A DNA stretch of 32,000 nt from Aliivibrio fischeri ES114 (GCF_000011805.1 NC_006840.2); one strand, 5' to 3'. Shown: positions 11,037-23,062, counted from the stretch's first letter. Program-made: numbers and translations. Notes: generated from the letters alone by a model not told the origin.

Positions 11037-11050
11037 AAACGCGAGAGTAA

Positions 11051-13471
<2,421 letters not shown>

Positions 13472-13487
13472 TCTGAGTAAATATTTG

Positions 13488-13569
13488 CTGTAATCACTGA
13501 TTTCTGCGTCGAAGGTGCCCACTTATGTTCATAAGCTCCGCGCCTTCTCCTTGAAATAAGCGATTACAG
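13488..13569. repeat. ERIC/IRU-like imperfect palindromic intergenic element
   Basis: Nested pairing CTGTAATC/GATTACAG, ATTTC/GAAAT, GAAGGTGC/GCGCCTTC, CTTAT/ATAAG. Central ACTTATGTTCATAAGCTCC resembles the ERIC core as I remember it. Confidence 0.5.
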
Positions 13570-13608
13570 TGGCAATTTATCTCAACTTAGAATTTAGATA
13601 TATGAGGA

Positions 13609-13636
13609 AGCACTGCTGTTGGCGGTGCTTTTTTTT
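13609..13636 (+). terminator. Rho-independent terminator after gyrB
   Basis: AGCACTGC-tgttg-GCGGTGCT followed by a T run. Confidence 0.8.
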
Positions 13637-13724
13637 ATCTGAAATTTGAGGCGTTATTTTTATTTATTGTTCATAGAGTTAGTGGTGTTTTTGGTTTAAA
13701 TCGAAAAATAAATAGCCTTTATCT

Positions 13725-13753
13725 CTTGAAAGTAAAAACAGTAAACCACATAT
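13725..13753 (+). promoter_or_regulatory. Sigma32 (RpoH)-type heat-shock promoter of ibpA
   Basis: CTTGAAA (13725-13731), 14-nt spacer, CCACATAT (13746-13753), close to the recalled consensus CTTGAAA...CCCCATNT. Confidence 0.75.
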
Positions 13754-13792
13754 CTAGTTATGAAGAGGATGCCGATAGGGTCTTCTGAAAAT

Positions 13793-13890
13793 GACTTGTC
13801 CAAAAAGGAAAGTCTTACAATTTATTAGAGTCAACTAAGGACCCAAAGTTAGGGGTAGTTGTACTCACTATTGCTTAAATTAAAGGATAG
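13793..13890 (+). promoter_or_regulatory. ROSE-like RNA thermometer in the ibpA 5' UTR
   Basis: Three successive hairpins. The last pairs CUAUUGCUU (13868-13876) with AAGGAUAG (13883-13890), hiding the Shine-Dalgarno and extruding one G. Confidence 0.75.
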
Positions 13891-13894
13891 TATT

Positions 13895-14329
13895 ATGCGT
13901 AATGTAGATTTCACACCTCTGTACCGTTCAGCAATTGGTTTTGACCGTCTTTTCAATCAAATGGAAAATCATTCGGCAAAAACAAATGGCGGTTACCCTC
14001 CGTACAATATTGAACAGCAATCTGAAAATAAATACCGTATTACTATGGCGGTAGCTGGCTTTGCTGATAATCAAATCGATTTAACTCAACACGAGAATAT
14101 GCTGATTGTTCGTGGTGAACGTCCAAAAGACATTGAAGAAAAAACGTATTTATACCAAGGCATTGCTGAGCGTGACTTTGAACGTAAATTCCAATTAGCG
14201 GATTACGTGAAAGTGGTGGGCGCAACGATGGAAAATGGATTATTACACGTAGATTTAGAGCGTGAAATTCCAGAAGCGATGCAGCCTCGTAAGATTGCAA
14301 TTAATGGCAATAACTTGCTTGAAGGCTAA
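13895..14329 (+). CDS. ibpA: Small heat shock protein, IbpA/Hsp20 family (start at ATG 13895 preferred over 13859)
   Basis: [24 protein letters not shown]; alpha-crystallin domain; AAAGGA Shine-Dalgarno before ATG 13895. Confidence 0.94.
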   Translation: MRNVDFTPLYRSAIGFDRLFNQMENHSAKTNGGYPPYNIEQQSENKYRITMAVAGFADNQIDLTQHENMLIVRGERPKDIEEKTYLYQGIAERDFERKFQLADYVKVVGATMENGLLHVDLEREIPEAMQPRKIAINGNNLLEG

Positions 14330-14356
14330 TACTTAACGGTATTTATTATTGAACAT

Positions 14357-14383
14357 AAAGGCGCTGTAATAGCGCCTTTTTTT
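14357..14383 (+). terminator. Rho-independent terminator of ibpA
   Basis: AAAGGCGCT-gtaat-AGCGCC followed by a T run. Confidence 0.85.
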
Positions 14384-14405
14384 GTGTTGATTAGGATCGT
14401 TGTAT

Positions 14406-14507
14406 TAATAGCTTATTGCTTTTCCATCATCAATAGATGGCATTTGTATGTGTTGTTTGCTTAGTGATGACAAACAGAATTGCTGACTCCAAAGCAACAA
14501 GCTATTA
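14406..14507. repeat. ~102-nt branched inverted-repeat element
   Basis: 17-nt outer arms TAATAGCTTATTGCTTT / AAAGCAACAAGCTATTA (16 of 17 pair) enclosing hairpins CCATC/GATGG and TGTTTG/CAAACA. Confidence 0.6.
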
Positions 14508-14538
14508 TTTGAGTTGATTAGATTGCTGTCTTAATGAC

Positions 14539-15786
14539 TTACTCTGAATACGCTCTCAACACTTCTTCTGCAATGATATTAATGCCTTTTTGCATCATGT
14601 CTTCATCTTGAACGTAATTCATACGTAAGCATTGATGAGCATGCTTCCAGCTGTCATCTTGCCCAATAAAGAAGTATTCACCCGGAACAATGAGTACACC
14701 ACGCGCTTTCAAGCGTTTGTACAGTTCCATCGTCGTGATAGGCAGTTCATCAAACCATAGCCATAAGAAAATAGCACCTTCAGGTTTATGGATGCGGAAA
14801 CGTGGATCAGTTATCGCTGTTTGTAGCATGTTCACCGCTGTTTGCGACTTTTCACAATAGAAAGGCTGTATTACGTTTTCACTTAAACGTAATAAATCAC
14901 CGGATTCAATCATGTGTAATCCCATTGCTGGACCAACACTACCTGGAGCAAGATTGATAATGCCATTTAGATTTGTAATGGCTTCGGTCATCTTCTCATT
15001 TGCAATTACAATACCGCAGCGTAATCCCGGCAATCCTAGTTTAGATAAACTCATACATAGGATGGTATTGTCGTTCCAGAATGGTGTGACCTCTTCAAAG
15101 ATAATGTTCGGGAAAGGGGTGCCATAAGCATTATCTAGAATCAGTGGGATGTTATTTTCACGCGCTAATTTATCTAGCTTAATGACTTCTTCGTCTGTAA
15201 TTACATTACCTGTAGGGTTCGTAGGGCGAGAAACGCAAATCGCTCCGATGGATTCATCAACGGTGAGTTGACTGAAATCAACGTGATATTTAAAGAGTCC
15301 ATTGTCTAATAACTCAATTTCAGGACGATAAGAAATAAAGCTATCAAATTCCAACTCAGAATCGGCGTACCCAATGTATTCCGGTGCAAGAGGAAGTAAT
15401 ATTTTCTTTTTTGAACCGTCCGCATAAGTACCAGCTAATAGATTGAATAAGCTAAAGAAAGCACTTTGAGAGCCATTCGTTAAAGAGATGTTTTTTTCTG
15501 AAATATCCCAACCGTAAGTTTCTTTTAATAGCTTTGCTAATGCTTTTACAAAGCTGTCTTTACCTTGAGGACCATCGTAGTTGGCCATTGCCGCAATGAG
15601 CTCACCAGAGTCGAGCATTTTTTGTGAGGCGTCTTTAAAGTAGTCGAGCATGGCGGGAATACCAGCAGGGTTACCACCACCGAGCATGATGGCTCCAGGT
15701 GTACGTAAACCATCATTTAAATCATCCATTAATTGAGTGATCCCGCTGTAACGAGTAAATTTTTCGCCAAATTGAGTAAACTTCAT
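14539..15786 (-). CDS. avtA: Valine--pyruvate transaminase
   Basis: 415 aa fold-type I PLP aminotransferase; GNPAGIPAMLDYF, SLSKLGLPGLRCGIVI; AvtA-like N-terminus. Confidence 0.9.
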   Translation of the reverse strand: MKFTQFGEKFTRYSGITQLMDDLNDGLRTPGAIMLGGGNPAGIPAMLDYFKDASQKMLDSGELIAAMANYDGPQGKDSFVKALAKLLKETYGWDISEKNISLTNGSQSAFFSLFNLLAGTYADGSKKKILLPLAPEYIGYADSELEFDSFISYRPEIELLDNGLFKYHVDFSQLTVDESIGAICVSRPTNPTGNVITDEEVIKLDKLARENNIPLILDNAYGTPFPNIIFEEVTPFWNDNTILCMSLSKLGLPGLRCGIVIANEKMTEAITNLNGIINLAPGSVGPAMGLHMIESGDLLRLSENVIQPFYCEKSQTAVNMLQTAITDPRFRIHKPEGAIFLWLWFDELPITTMELYKRLKARGVLIVPGEYFFIGQDDSWKHAHQCLRMNYVQDEDMMQKGINIIAEEVLRAYSE

Positions 15787-16014
15787 TACGACTACCGCGC
15801 TAATTGTTGAGTCTGAGTATTGATTGTTTTAACAACATACCTCAACACCAAACAGAGTTAAAGAGGCAAGATAATCACCATTTTTATTGCTTAGCATGTA
15901 AAGTCACGGTGAATTTTAAGAAAGTGCTTATTTTTGCTACTCCCAAAGAGCCTCGTAAGGTATAGTTACTTGTTATATTTTTATTTATTACTAACGAATC
16001 GCGCGAATTAAATT

Positions 16015-16935
16015 ATGCAAAAATACGATATCAAAACCTTCCAGGGAATGATCCTCGCGCTGCAGGATTATTGGGCACAAAACGGTTGTACCATTGTACA
16101 GCCTCTAGATATGGAAGTAGGTGCAGGCACCTCTCACCCGATGACTTGTTTACGTGCACTTGGCCCAGAGCCAATGTCAACAGCTTACGTACAACCATCT
16201 CGTCGTCCTACTGATGGCCGTTACGGTGAAAACCCGAACCGTCTTCAGCACTACTACCAATTTCAAGTTGCTTTGAAACCATCGCCTGACAACATTCAAG
16301 AGTTGTACTTAGGTTCTCTAGAAGTGCTTGGTATCGACCCATTAGTTCACGATATTCGTTTCGTTGAAGACAACTGGGAAAACCCAACACTAGGTGCATG
16401 GGGTTTAGGTTGGGAAATCTGGCTAAACGGTATGGAAGTAACGCAATTTACTTACTTCCAACAAGTAGGTGGTCTTGAGTGTAAACCAGTAACTGGTGAA
16501 ATCACTTACGGTATCGAGCGTCTTGCAATGTATATTCAAGAAGTAGACTCTGTTTACGATCTTGTATGGAACATTGGTCCAGATGGTACTGCAGTTACTT
16601 ACGGTGACATTTTCCACCAAAACGAAGTTGAGCAATCGACTTATAACTTCGAGCACGCAGACGTTGATTTCTTATTTGGTTTCTTCGACCAATGTGAAAA
16701 AGAATCTAAAGAGCTTTTAGAGTTAGAAAAACCGCTTCCTCTTCCTGCTTATGAGCGAATCCTAAAAGCAGCTCACGCATTTAACTTATTAGATGCACGT
16801 AAAGCGATCTCTGTAACTGAACGTCAACGTTACATCCTTCGTATCCGTAACCTAACTAAAGCGGTTGCAGAAGCATACTATGCATCACGTGAAGCCCTAG
16901 GTTTCCCAATGTGTAAGAAGAACGAGGAGAAGTAA
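16015..16935 (+). CDS. glyQ: Glycyl-tRNA synthetase alpha subunit
   Basis: 306 aa; [37 protein letters not shown]. Confidence 0.98.
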
Positions 16936-16937
16936 TC

Positions 16938-19004
16938 ATGGCGAAGAATTTTCTAATTGAATTAGGTACAGAAGAGCTTCCACCAACAGCACTTCGTTCA
17001 TTAGCTGAAGCGTTTGCATCAAACTTTGAAGCAGAATTAAAAGCAGCTGATTTAGCACACCAAGGTGTTAAATGGTATGCAACACCACGTCGTTTAGCAC
17101 TTAAAGTTGCTGAACTAGCAGAAAGCCAAGCAGATAAAGTAGTTGAGAAACGCGGTCCTGCTGTTTCTGCTGCATTTGATGCTGATGGTAACCCAACAAA
17201 AGCGGCTCAAGGTTGGGCTCGTGGTAACGGTATTACGGTTGAACAAGCTGATCGTCTAAAAACAGACAAAGGCGAGTGGCTACTTCATAAAGAAGAAGTA
17301 AAAGGCAAACCAGTACAAGAGCTTGTTGTTGATTTTGCAGCAAAAGCATTAGCAGGTTTACCTATTCCTAAAGCAATGCGCTGGGGTAACTCTGACATTC
17401 AATTCATTCGTCCAGTAAAAACACTGACTATCCTATTAGGTGACGAGCTGATTGAAGGTTCTATCTTAGGCGTGAGTTCTGCTCGTACACTTCGTGGTCA
17501 CCGTTTTATGGGTGAATCTGAATTTACGATTGATTCTGCTGATCAATACCCTGCGATTTTAGAAGAGCGCGGTAAAGTAATGGCAGATTACGATGCTCGT
17601 AAAGCTATCATCTTAGCTGATTCTGAAAAAGCGGCAGCTGCAGTAGGCGGTAAAGCGGATTTAGAAGACGATCTTGTAGAAGAAGTAACGTCATTAGTTG
17701 AATGGCCTGTTGTTCTTACTGCTAAGTTTGAAGAAGAGTTCTTGAAAGTACCTTCTGAAGCATTAGTGTACACAATGAAGGGCGATCAGAAGTACTTCCC
17801 TGTATACGATGAGAACAAAAAACTGCTTCCTAACTTTATTTTCGTATCTAACATTGAGTCTAAAGAGCCTCGCCATGTTATTGAAGGTAATGAAAAGGTA
17901 GTTCGTCCACGTCTTGCTGACGCAGAGTTCTTCTTTAATACAGACCGTAAGCGTCCGCTTATCGATCGTTTACCTGAATTAGAACAAGCTATCTTCCAGA
18001 AGCAATTAGGTACGATCAAAGACAAAACTGACCGTATTACTGAGCTTGCAGGTTACATTGCAGAACAAATTGGTGCTGATGTTGAGAAATCTCAACGTGC
18101 AGGTCTTTTAGCTAAATGTGACTTGATGACATCTATGGTATTTGAATTTACAGATACACAAGGTGTAATGGGTATGCATTACGCAACTCATGATGGTGAA
18201 GATGAGCAAGTAGCATTAGCTCTTTACGAGCAATACATGCCACGCTTTGCTGGTGATGATTTACCAAGTACTGATATTTCTTCTGCAGTAGCAATGGCGG
18301 ATAAATTAGATACGCTTGTTGGTATTTTCGGTATTGGTCAAGCACCTAAAGGTTCTGATCCATTTGCACTTCGTCGTGCGGCTCTAGGTGTTCTACGTAT
18401 TATCGTTGAGAAAGAATACAACTTAGATTTAGTTGATCTTGTTGCAAAAGCACAATCTCTGTTTGGCGATAAACTATCGAATGCAAATGTAGCGACTGAC
18501 GTAATTGATTTCATGTTAGGTCGTTTCCGTGCATGGTACCAAGATGAAGGTTTCAGTGTAGACATCATCCAAGCGGTTCTTGCTCGTCGTCCTACAAAAC
18601 CAGCTGATTTCGATAAGCGTGTGAAAGCGGTATCTCACTTCCGTGAATTAGATGCAGCAGAATCACTAGCAGCAGCGAATAAGCGTGTTGGTAATATCCT
18701 AGCTAAATTTGATGGTGAGCTTGCTCAAGAGATTGATCTTGCTCTTCTACAAGAAGATGCTGAGAAAGCATTAGCTGAGAAAGTTGAAATTTTAGCTGAA
18801 GCGCTAGAACCTGTATTTGCAGCTGGTAACTACCAAGAAGCGTTAAGTCGTCTTGCAGAACTACGTGAACCTGTAGATGCGTTCTTCGATAACGTAATGG
18901 TTATGGCTGATGACGAAGCACTTAAGACAAACCGTCTAACGCTTCTGAATAAGCTACGTAACTTATTCTTAGATATTGCTGATATTTCTCTTCTTCAAAA
19001 ATAA
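16938..19004 (+). CDS. glyS: Glycyl-tRNA synthetase beta subunit
   Basis: 688 aa; [22 protein letters not shown]; directly downstream of glyQ. Confidence 0.98.
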   Translation: MAKNFLIELGTEELPPTALRSLAEAFASNFEAELKAADLAHQGVKWYATPRRLALKVAELAESQADKVVEKRGPAVSAAFDADGNPTKAAQGWARGNGITVEQADRLKTDKGEWLLHKEEVKGKPVQELVVDFAAKALAGLPIPKAMRWGNSDIQFIRPVKTLTILLGDELIEGSILGVSSARTLRGHRFMGESEFTIDSADQYPAILEERGKVMADYDARKAIILADSEKAAAAVGGKADLEDDLVEEVTSLVEWPVVLTAKFEEEFLKVPSEALVYTMKGDQKYFPVYDENKKLLPNFIFVSNIESKEPRHVIEGNEKVVRPRLADAEFFFNTDRKRPLIDRLPELEQAIFQKQLGTIKDKTDRITELAGYIAEQIGADVEKSQRAGLLAKCDLMTSMVFEFTDTQGVMGMHYATHDGEDEQVALALYEQYMPRFAGDDLPSTDISSAVAMADKLDTLVGIFGIGQAPKGSDPFALRRAALGVLRIIVEKEYNLDLVDLVAKAQSLFGDKLSNANVATDVIDFMLGRFRAWYQDEGFSVDIIQAVLARRPTKPADFDKRVKAVSHFRELDAAESLAAANKRVGNILAKFDGELAQEIDLALLQEDAEKALAEKVEILAEALEPVFAAGNYQEALSRLAELREPVDAFFDNVMVMADDEALKTNRLTLLNKLRNLFLDIADISLLQK

Positions 19005-19023
19005 GAAATAGCCTTATCAAATG

Positions 19024-19053
19024 AAATACCTCGCTAATGCGGGGTATTTTTTT
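19024..19053 (+). terminator. Terminator after glyQS
   Basis: AAATACCtCGCtaatGCGgGGTATTTTTTT. Confidence 0.8.
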
Positions 19054-19149
19054 GTCTAAATATCGTATTTTCGAAAATTAGAGATTAATAATGTTGTTAA
19101 CAATGGCTACAATTGAGTCACTGTTATTATTTTTAGGTTTCTGATTTCG

Positions 19150-20790
19150 ATGAAATTGTCTGTTTGTGCAACACTTATTTCGCTGTCTTTATTAGTTGGG
19201 TGTCAAAGTACGCCATCAACTGATAATTCTTCTTTATCAGAAAACTCATCAAATCCATCATCTGACATAGCCAAGTCAACTAATCACGATGCGGCTGATA
19301 GCGTAGATATCATTTGTCCTCAGCTAGGCATTCAACCTGTAACTGTCGCTGTTTCTGATTTGTGGGCTGATGGTGAGGTTGTCACCGATGCTTATACTGG
19401 GCGCATTGCTCAAGTGAAAAATGGTAGCGTTACTTTAACGCCAAGTCGTCATAGTGGTGGCTTATTGCTGTTAGAATCAAAAAAAGAAGAAGTCCCTTTT
19501 CAGTGGAAGAATGCCACTTTCTACCACATCGCAACGGATAGATTCTTTAATGGTAACAGTTGGAATGATCACAGCTATGGTCGACAAAAAACGGCACAAG
19601 GTTTTCAAGGCGGTGATATCGCAGGACTTACTCAAAAACTAGATTATTTAGCTGAGTTAGGTGTCGATGTTCTTTGGCTTTCGACGCCACTAGAGCAAGT
19701 GCATGGTTGGCTTCCAGGGAAAAACGGTAATTATCCTGAATACCCATATGCAGGTGGAGCTACATTAGATTGGACTCAGCTTGATACCAATATGGGTACT
19801 GAGCAAGAAATGAGAATATTTGTGGATTCAGCTCATCAGTTAGGTATGCGAGTTGTGTGGAGTGTTGATACTGTTCCATCAGAGCCAAGCCTTGCAGACT
19901 TACAACAATTTAATATCCAACCTCAAGATGCAAGTGAGCTTCCTAGCTATTGGAATGAATGGCAACCGAAAGATGGCCAAAACCTGACGAATTATCTTGA
20001 TGCATTTAAAGACGAAAATGGACAAATACCACAGTGGTGGTCACCTGCGTGGTCAGATCCTAGCAGTGACGGTAATATTTCAACGCCTGAGTTCTTCGCA
20101 AATAAACCCGTAACCAATGTAGCTCAAGTGAGTCGAGCTAAAAATGAAGTACTAACTCAATGGATAACTACGTGGGTTGCTAAATTTGGCATTGATGGGG
20201 TGGTTTTATCGGATTCAACACCACAATTGACTCAAAAGATAGAGGCGAGTGCGAGTAAAGCTTTTGAATTATGGAAAACACATAATCAATATAAGGCGCT
20301 TGAATCCTCTTCTTTCCTAGTTGTTGATTTAAATGAGAAGGAATCATTTAAACCGCAAATAGTGTCGATGCAGAAAAATAAAGAACAGTGTTTTAGTCAA
20401 TTTACTTATCGTTTATCTACGACTGAGAAATCACATGATCTATACGCGATCAATTGGTTTGAAGAACGTGGTTTAGATGAGCTATCTGAAGCAAATTACT
20501 CTGAGTACAGAGATACAGCTTCAGCTCTTTTATTATCACAGGGTAATCTTGCTATTTGGTATGGCGATGAAACGGCTAAAAGCGGTGAGGCTTACAGCGA
20601 AATGAATTGGGATCAAATGACAGGATTACGTTTGTCTCTTATGTCTCATTGGAAAAAACTATTAGCTTTTAGAGCAAACCACTCAGCATTATCTGATGGA
20701 GAATATCAGGTTATTGAAAACAATAGTTACTATGCTTTTATCCGAAAAAACAAGTCAGACAATGTGATGGTTGTTTACACTGGTGAATAG
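19150..20790 (+). CDS. MalS-like GH13 alpha-amylase-fold lipoprotein, predicted catalytically degenerate
   Basis: Lipobox SLLVGC; FYHIATDRFFNGNSWNDHSYGR, GGDIAGLTQKLDYLAELGVDVLWLSTPLEQVHGWLPG and IWYGDE track MalS, but the catalytic motifs differ. Confidence 0.85.
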   Translation: MKLSVCATLISLSLLVGCQSTPSTDNSSLSENSSNPSSDIAKSTNHDAADSVDIICPQLGIQPVTVAVSDLWADGEVVTDAYTGRIAQVKNGSVTLTPSRHSGGLLLLESKKEEVPFQWKNATFYHIATDRFFNGNSWNDHSYGRQKTAQGFQGGDIAGLTQKLDYLAELGVDVLWLSTPLEQVHGWLPGKNGNYPEYPYAGGATLDWTQLDTNMGTEQEMRIFVDSAHQLGMRVVWSVDTVPSEPSLADLQQFNIQPQDASELPSYWNEWQPKDGQNLTNYLDAFKDENGQIPQWWSPAWSDPSSDGNISTPEFFANKPVTNVAQVSRAKNEVLTQWITTWVAKFGIDGVVLSDSTPQLTQKIEASASKAFELWKTHNQYKALESSSFLVVDLNEKESFKPQIVSMQKNKEQCFSQFTYRLSTTEKSHDLYAINWFEERGLDELSEANYSEYRDTASALLLSQGNLAIWYGDETAKSGEAYSEMNWDQMTGLRLSLMSHWKKLLAFRANHSALSDGEYQVIENNSYYAFIRKNKSDNVMVVYTGE

Positions 20791-20924
20791 TTAAGTTGTC
20801 ACCAAAGTTTAATAAAATCAGAATAAGAGTGTGATACTAGGCACATAGCTTTTGTTCTAGAGGTGATAATCTACAGTTAGAATAAGTTGTATTGGTAGAT
20901 GTTTCTTAAGGAAAGGAGCTTATC

Positions 20925-21176
20925 ATGACTCGTTTTTTAGCTATATCCCCTCAAAGTCAATGCTATCTATTTACTGTCGCATTAGCCCTTAATTTATTAG
21001 GGATGGTACTTACTGATATGTGGGTACCTATGGTGGTTGGTGCAATCATTACAACAGGGTTGTCAGTTGATGCTTGGGTTCGGGTACATTATGTATTACC
21101 GATGAGAAAAGAGTTGAGAAACTTGCAGAATCAAGTTGAAGCTATACAAAAGCTAGCACGAGATATCAATACGTAG
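20925..21176 (+). CDS. Small membrane protein of unknown function
   Basis: 83 aa; two hydrophobic segments and a helical C-terminus; Shine-Dalgarno AAAGGAG. Confidence 0.7.
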   Translation: MTRFLAISPQSQCYLFTVALALNLLGMVLTDMWVPMVVGAIITTGLSVDAWVRVHYVLPMRKELRNLQNQVEAIQKLARDINT

Positions 21177-21187
21177 TTTATAAGAGA

Positions 21188-21214
21188 AAGGCAACCATTA
21201 TGGTTGCCTTTTTT
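21188..21214. terminator. Terminator between the small membrane protein gene and tusA
   Basis: AAGGCAACC-atta-tGGTTGCCTTTTTT. Confidence 0.75.
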
Positions 21215-21221
21215 GTACGTA

Positions 21222-21473
21222 TTATTTTGAAAGTCCTTTTCGGATCAAATAACGATAAGGAAGGGAATCAGTATCTTCTGCGATAAGTTCGTGATCCATA
21301 AAACGGCAAAAACTAGGAATGTCTCTTGTCGTTGATGGGTCATCGGCTTTAATTAATAGCGTTTCACCATCTTCCATCTTTCGAATCGTTTTTCTAACCA
21401 TCATTACAGGTTCTGGGCAGCGTAATCCTTCTGCTTCTAGTGTTTGTGTTGCTGTATCAAAGTTGATGGTCAT
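21222..21473 (-). CDS. tusA: Sulfurtransferase TusA family protein
   Basis: 83 aa; [22 protein letters not shown] catalytic CPxP motif. Confidence 0.93.
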   Translation of the reverse strand: MTINFDTATQTLEAEGLRCPEPVMMVRKTIRKMEDGETLLIKADDPSTTRDIPSFCRFMDHELIAEDTDSLPYRYLIRKGLSK

Positions 21474-21575
21474 GTTTGTATCTCTTTACAGTTAAAGGCG
21501 ACCGAGATCATACTGCTGTAAAAAAAATAATCAATACGCGTTGGCAAAGAACTGAAAAGGGAGTAGATTAAATTT

Positions 21576-21611
21576 AACAACAAATTAACATTGGAACGTT
21601 AACTTGTTGTT
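21576..21611. repeat. Inverted repeat with 14-nt arms (one mismatch) and 8-nt spacer
   Basis: aacaacaaattaac-attggaac-gttaacttgttgtt. Confidence 0.8.
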
Positions 21612-21658
21612 TTATCCATTCTAACTCTCGGTTAGAAAGCAACAGAAGGATCGTCATT

Positions 21659-21850
21659 ATGCTTACTCAAATAGATCGCTTAACTATTTATTGTGTTCTT
21701 TGTCTTGTTACTATTAGTTCATTAGTATTGCGTACTCCTGAAAACATCAGTTTATTTCCACTTATTAGTTTGGCATCTGTGATGGTAGCGCTAACGGTAG
21801 AATTAAAAACATGGTCAGAAGCAGAAACTGCGGAAGAACAAGATTCTTAA
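21659..21850 (+). CDS. Small hydrophobic protein of unknown function
   Basis: 63 aa; two hydrophobic segments; intergenic and not antisense to a gene. Confidence 0.6.
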   Translation: MLTQIDRLTIYCVLCLVTISSLVLRTPENISLFPLISLASVMVALTVELKTWSEAETAEEQDS

Positions 21851-21996
21851 CTTACTTCTAAAAAACAAAAATACTCTCCAGTTTCCCGTTTTTTCATCAT
21901 TCTTAATACCAAATAAGAGTTGAATGAAATGCGGGATTTTTTTTATTCAGAAAACAGTTACACTCACTAAGTAGATTAAGCCTAGTAGGTAAGATT

Positions 21997-22938
21997 ATGG
22001 AATTAGAAGAAGTTTATCGTCGTGATTTAAATTTGTTAATTGCACTTAAAGTATTGTTAGAAGAAAACAGTGTTAGCCAAGCTGCGGTTCGACTTAATTT
22101 GAGTCAGTCGGCAATGAGCCGAGTATTAGGGCGGTTACGTGATTTATTAGGGGATCCGCTATTTACTCGACAGGGGCAGCATTTAGTTCCAACTCAAAAA
22201 GCGTTAGAGATTAATGAGCAGATAAACCTCCCATTAGAATCATTACGTCAATTGTTAACACCAAGCGACTTTACACCTATGCATTGTGATCAGCATTTTT
22301 TAATCGCAACCACCGATTATGCAATGCAAACAATCTTACCTTATGCATTACCAAAAATTTATGAACAAGCGCCAAATATCTCATTAGAGTTTGCACCTTT
22401 AAATCATGAAAACTTATTTAAGCAACTCAGTACTGAAAAAGTAGATATGGCAATTTGTCGTCCTATCGGCTCTGTATTACCACTTAAACAGGAAGTGTTA
22501 GGGCAGGTCGGTGTGTTGTGTTTACTCTCTAAAAATCATCCGTTATCTGGCTCAATACTGACCTTGGATGATTATCTGTCTTTGCCACATGCAATGATAG
22601 CAATTAGCGATGGAGTAAAAGCGTTAATTGATGCGGCTTTATCAGGACAAAGAGAAAGAAGACAAGTACTTAGGGCTTACCATTTAGAAGCAGCGTTAGC
22701 GATTGTCGATAAAATGCCATTGGTGATCACTGTACCCGCAGATTTGGCGTATTTAGTGGCTGAACGCTACGATTTAGTGATTAAACCATTACCTTTTGAA
22801 TTTACTCCGTTTGATTACTCACTGATTTGGCATTCGCGTTGTGATACATCACCAGCTCAAACCTGGCTACGACGAGTGGTTAAAGAAGAGTGCGGTAAGT
22901 TAATTGAAAAACGTATTGAAGATATTGGTTTTGCATAA
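21997..22938 (+). CDS. LysR family transcriptional regulator
   Basis: N-terminal HTH DLNLLIALKVLLEENSVSQAAVRLNLSQSAMSRVLGRLRDLLGDPLFTR and LysR-type substrate-binding domain. Confidence 0.93.
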   Translation: MELEEVYRRDLNLLIALKVLLEENSVSQAAVRLNLSQSAMSRVLGRLRDLLGDPLFTRQGQHLVPTQKALEINEQINLPLESLRQLLTPSDFTPMHCDQHFLIATTDYAMQTILPYALPKIYEQAPNISLEFAPLNHENLFKQLSTEKVDMAICRPIGSVLPLKQEVLGQVGVLCLLSKNHPLSGSILTLDDYLSLPHAMIAISDGVKALIDAALSGQRERRQVLRAYHLEAALAIVDKMPLVITVPADLAYLVAERYDLVIKPLPFEFTPFDYSLIWHSRCDTSPAQTWLRRVVKEECGKLIEKRIEDIGFA

Positions 22939-23062
22939 CGTGTAGTACTCTGTATTTGATGTAATTAATAGAATTCATAATGAATAATGCTTCCCAGAGT
23001 CATTCGTTAGGTTCGATTTTCTTTGCTCTCTCGCATAACGTTATGGTTTTGAGGAGAGAGTT

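Noticed and set aside
13859-13894. 12-aa N-terminal extension of ibpA ([12 protein letters not shown])
   Set aside because: These codons coincide with the ROSE-like hairpin and Shine-Dalgarno. [20 protein letters not shown] is the typical IbpA start.
17588-18568. Antisense ORFs within glyS (61-79 aa)
   Set aside because: Same reason: overlap a well-supported long CDS with no independent evidence.
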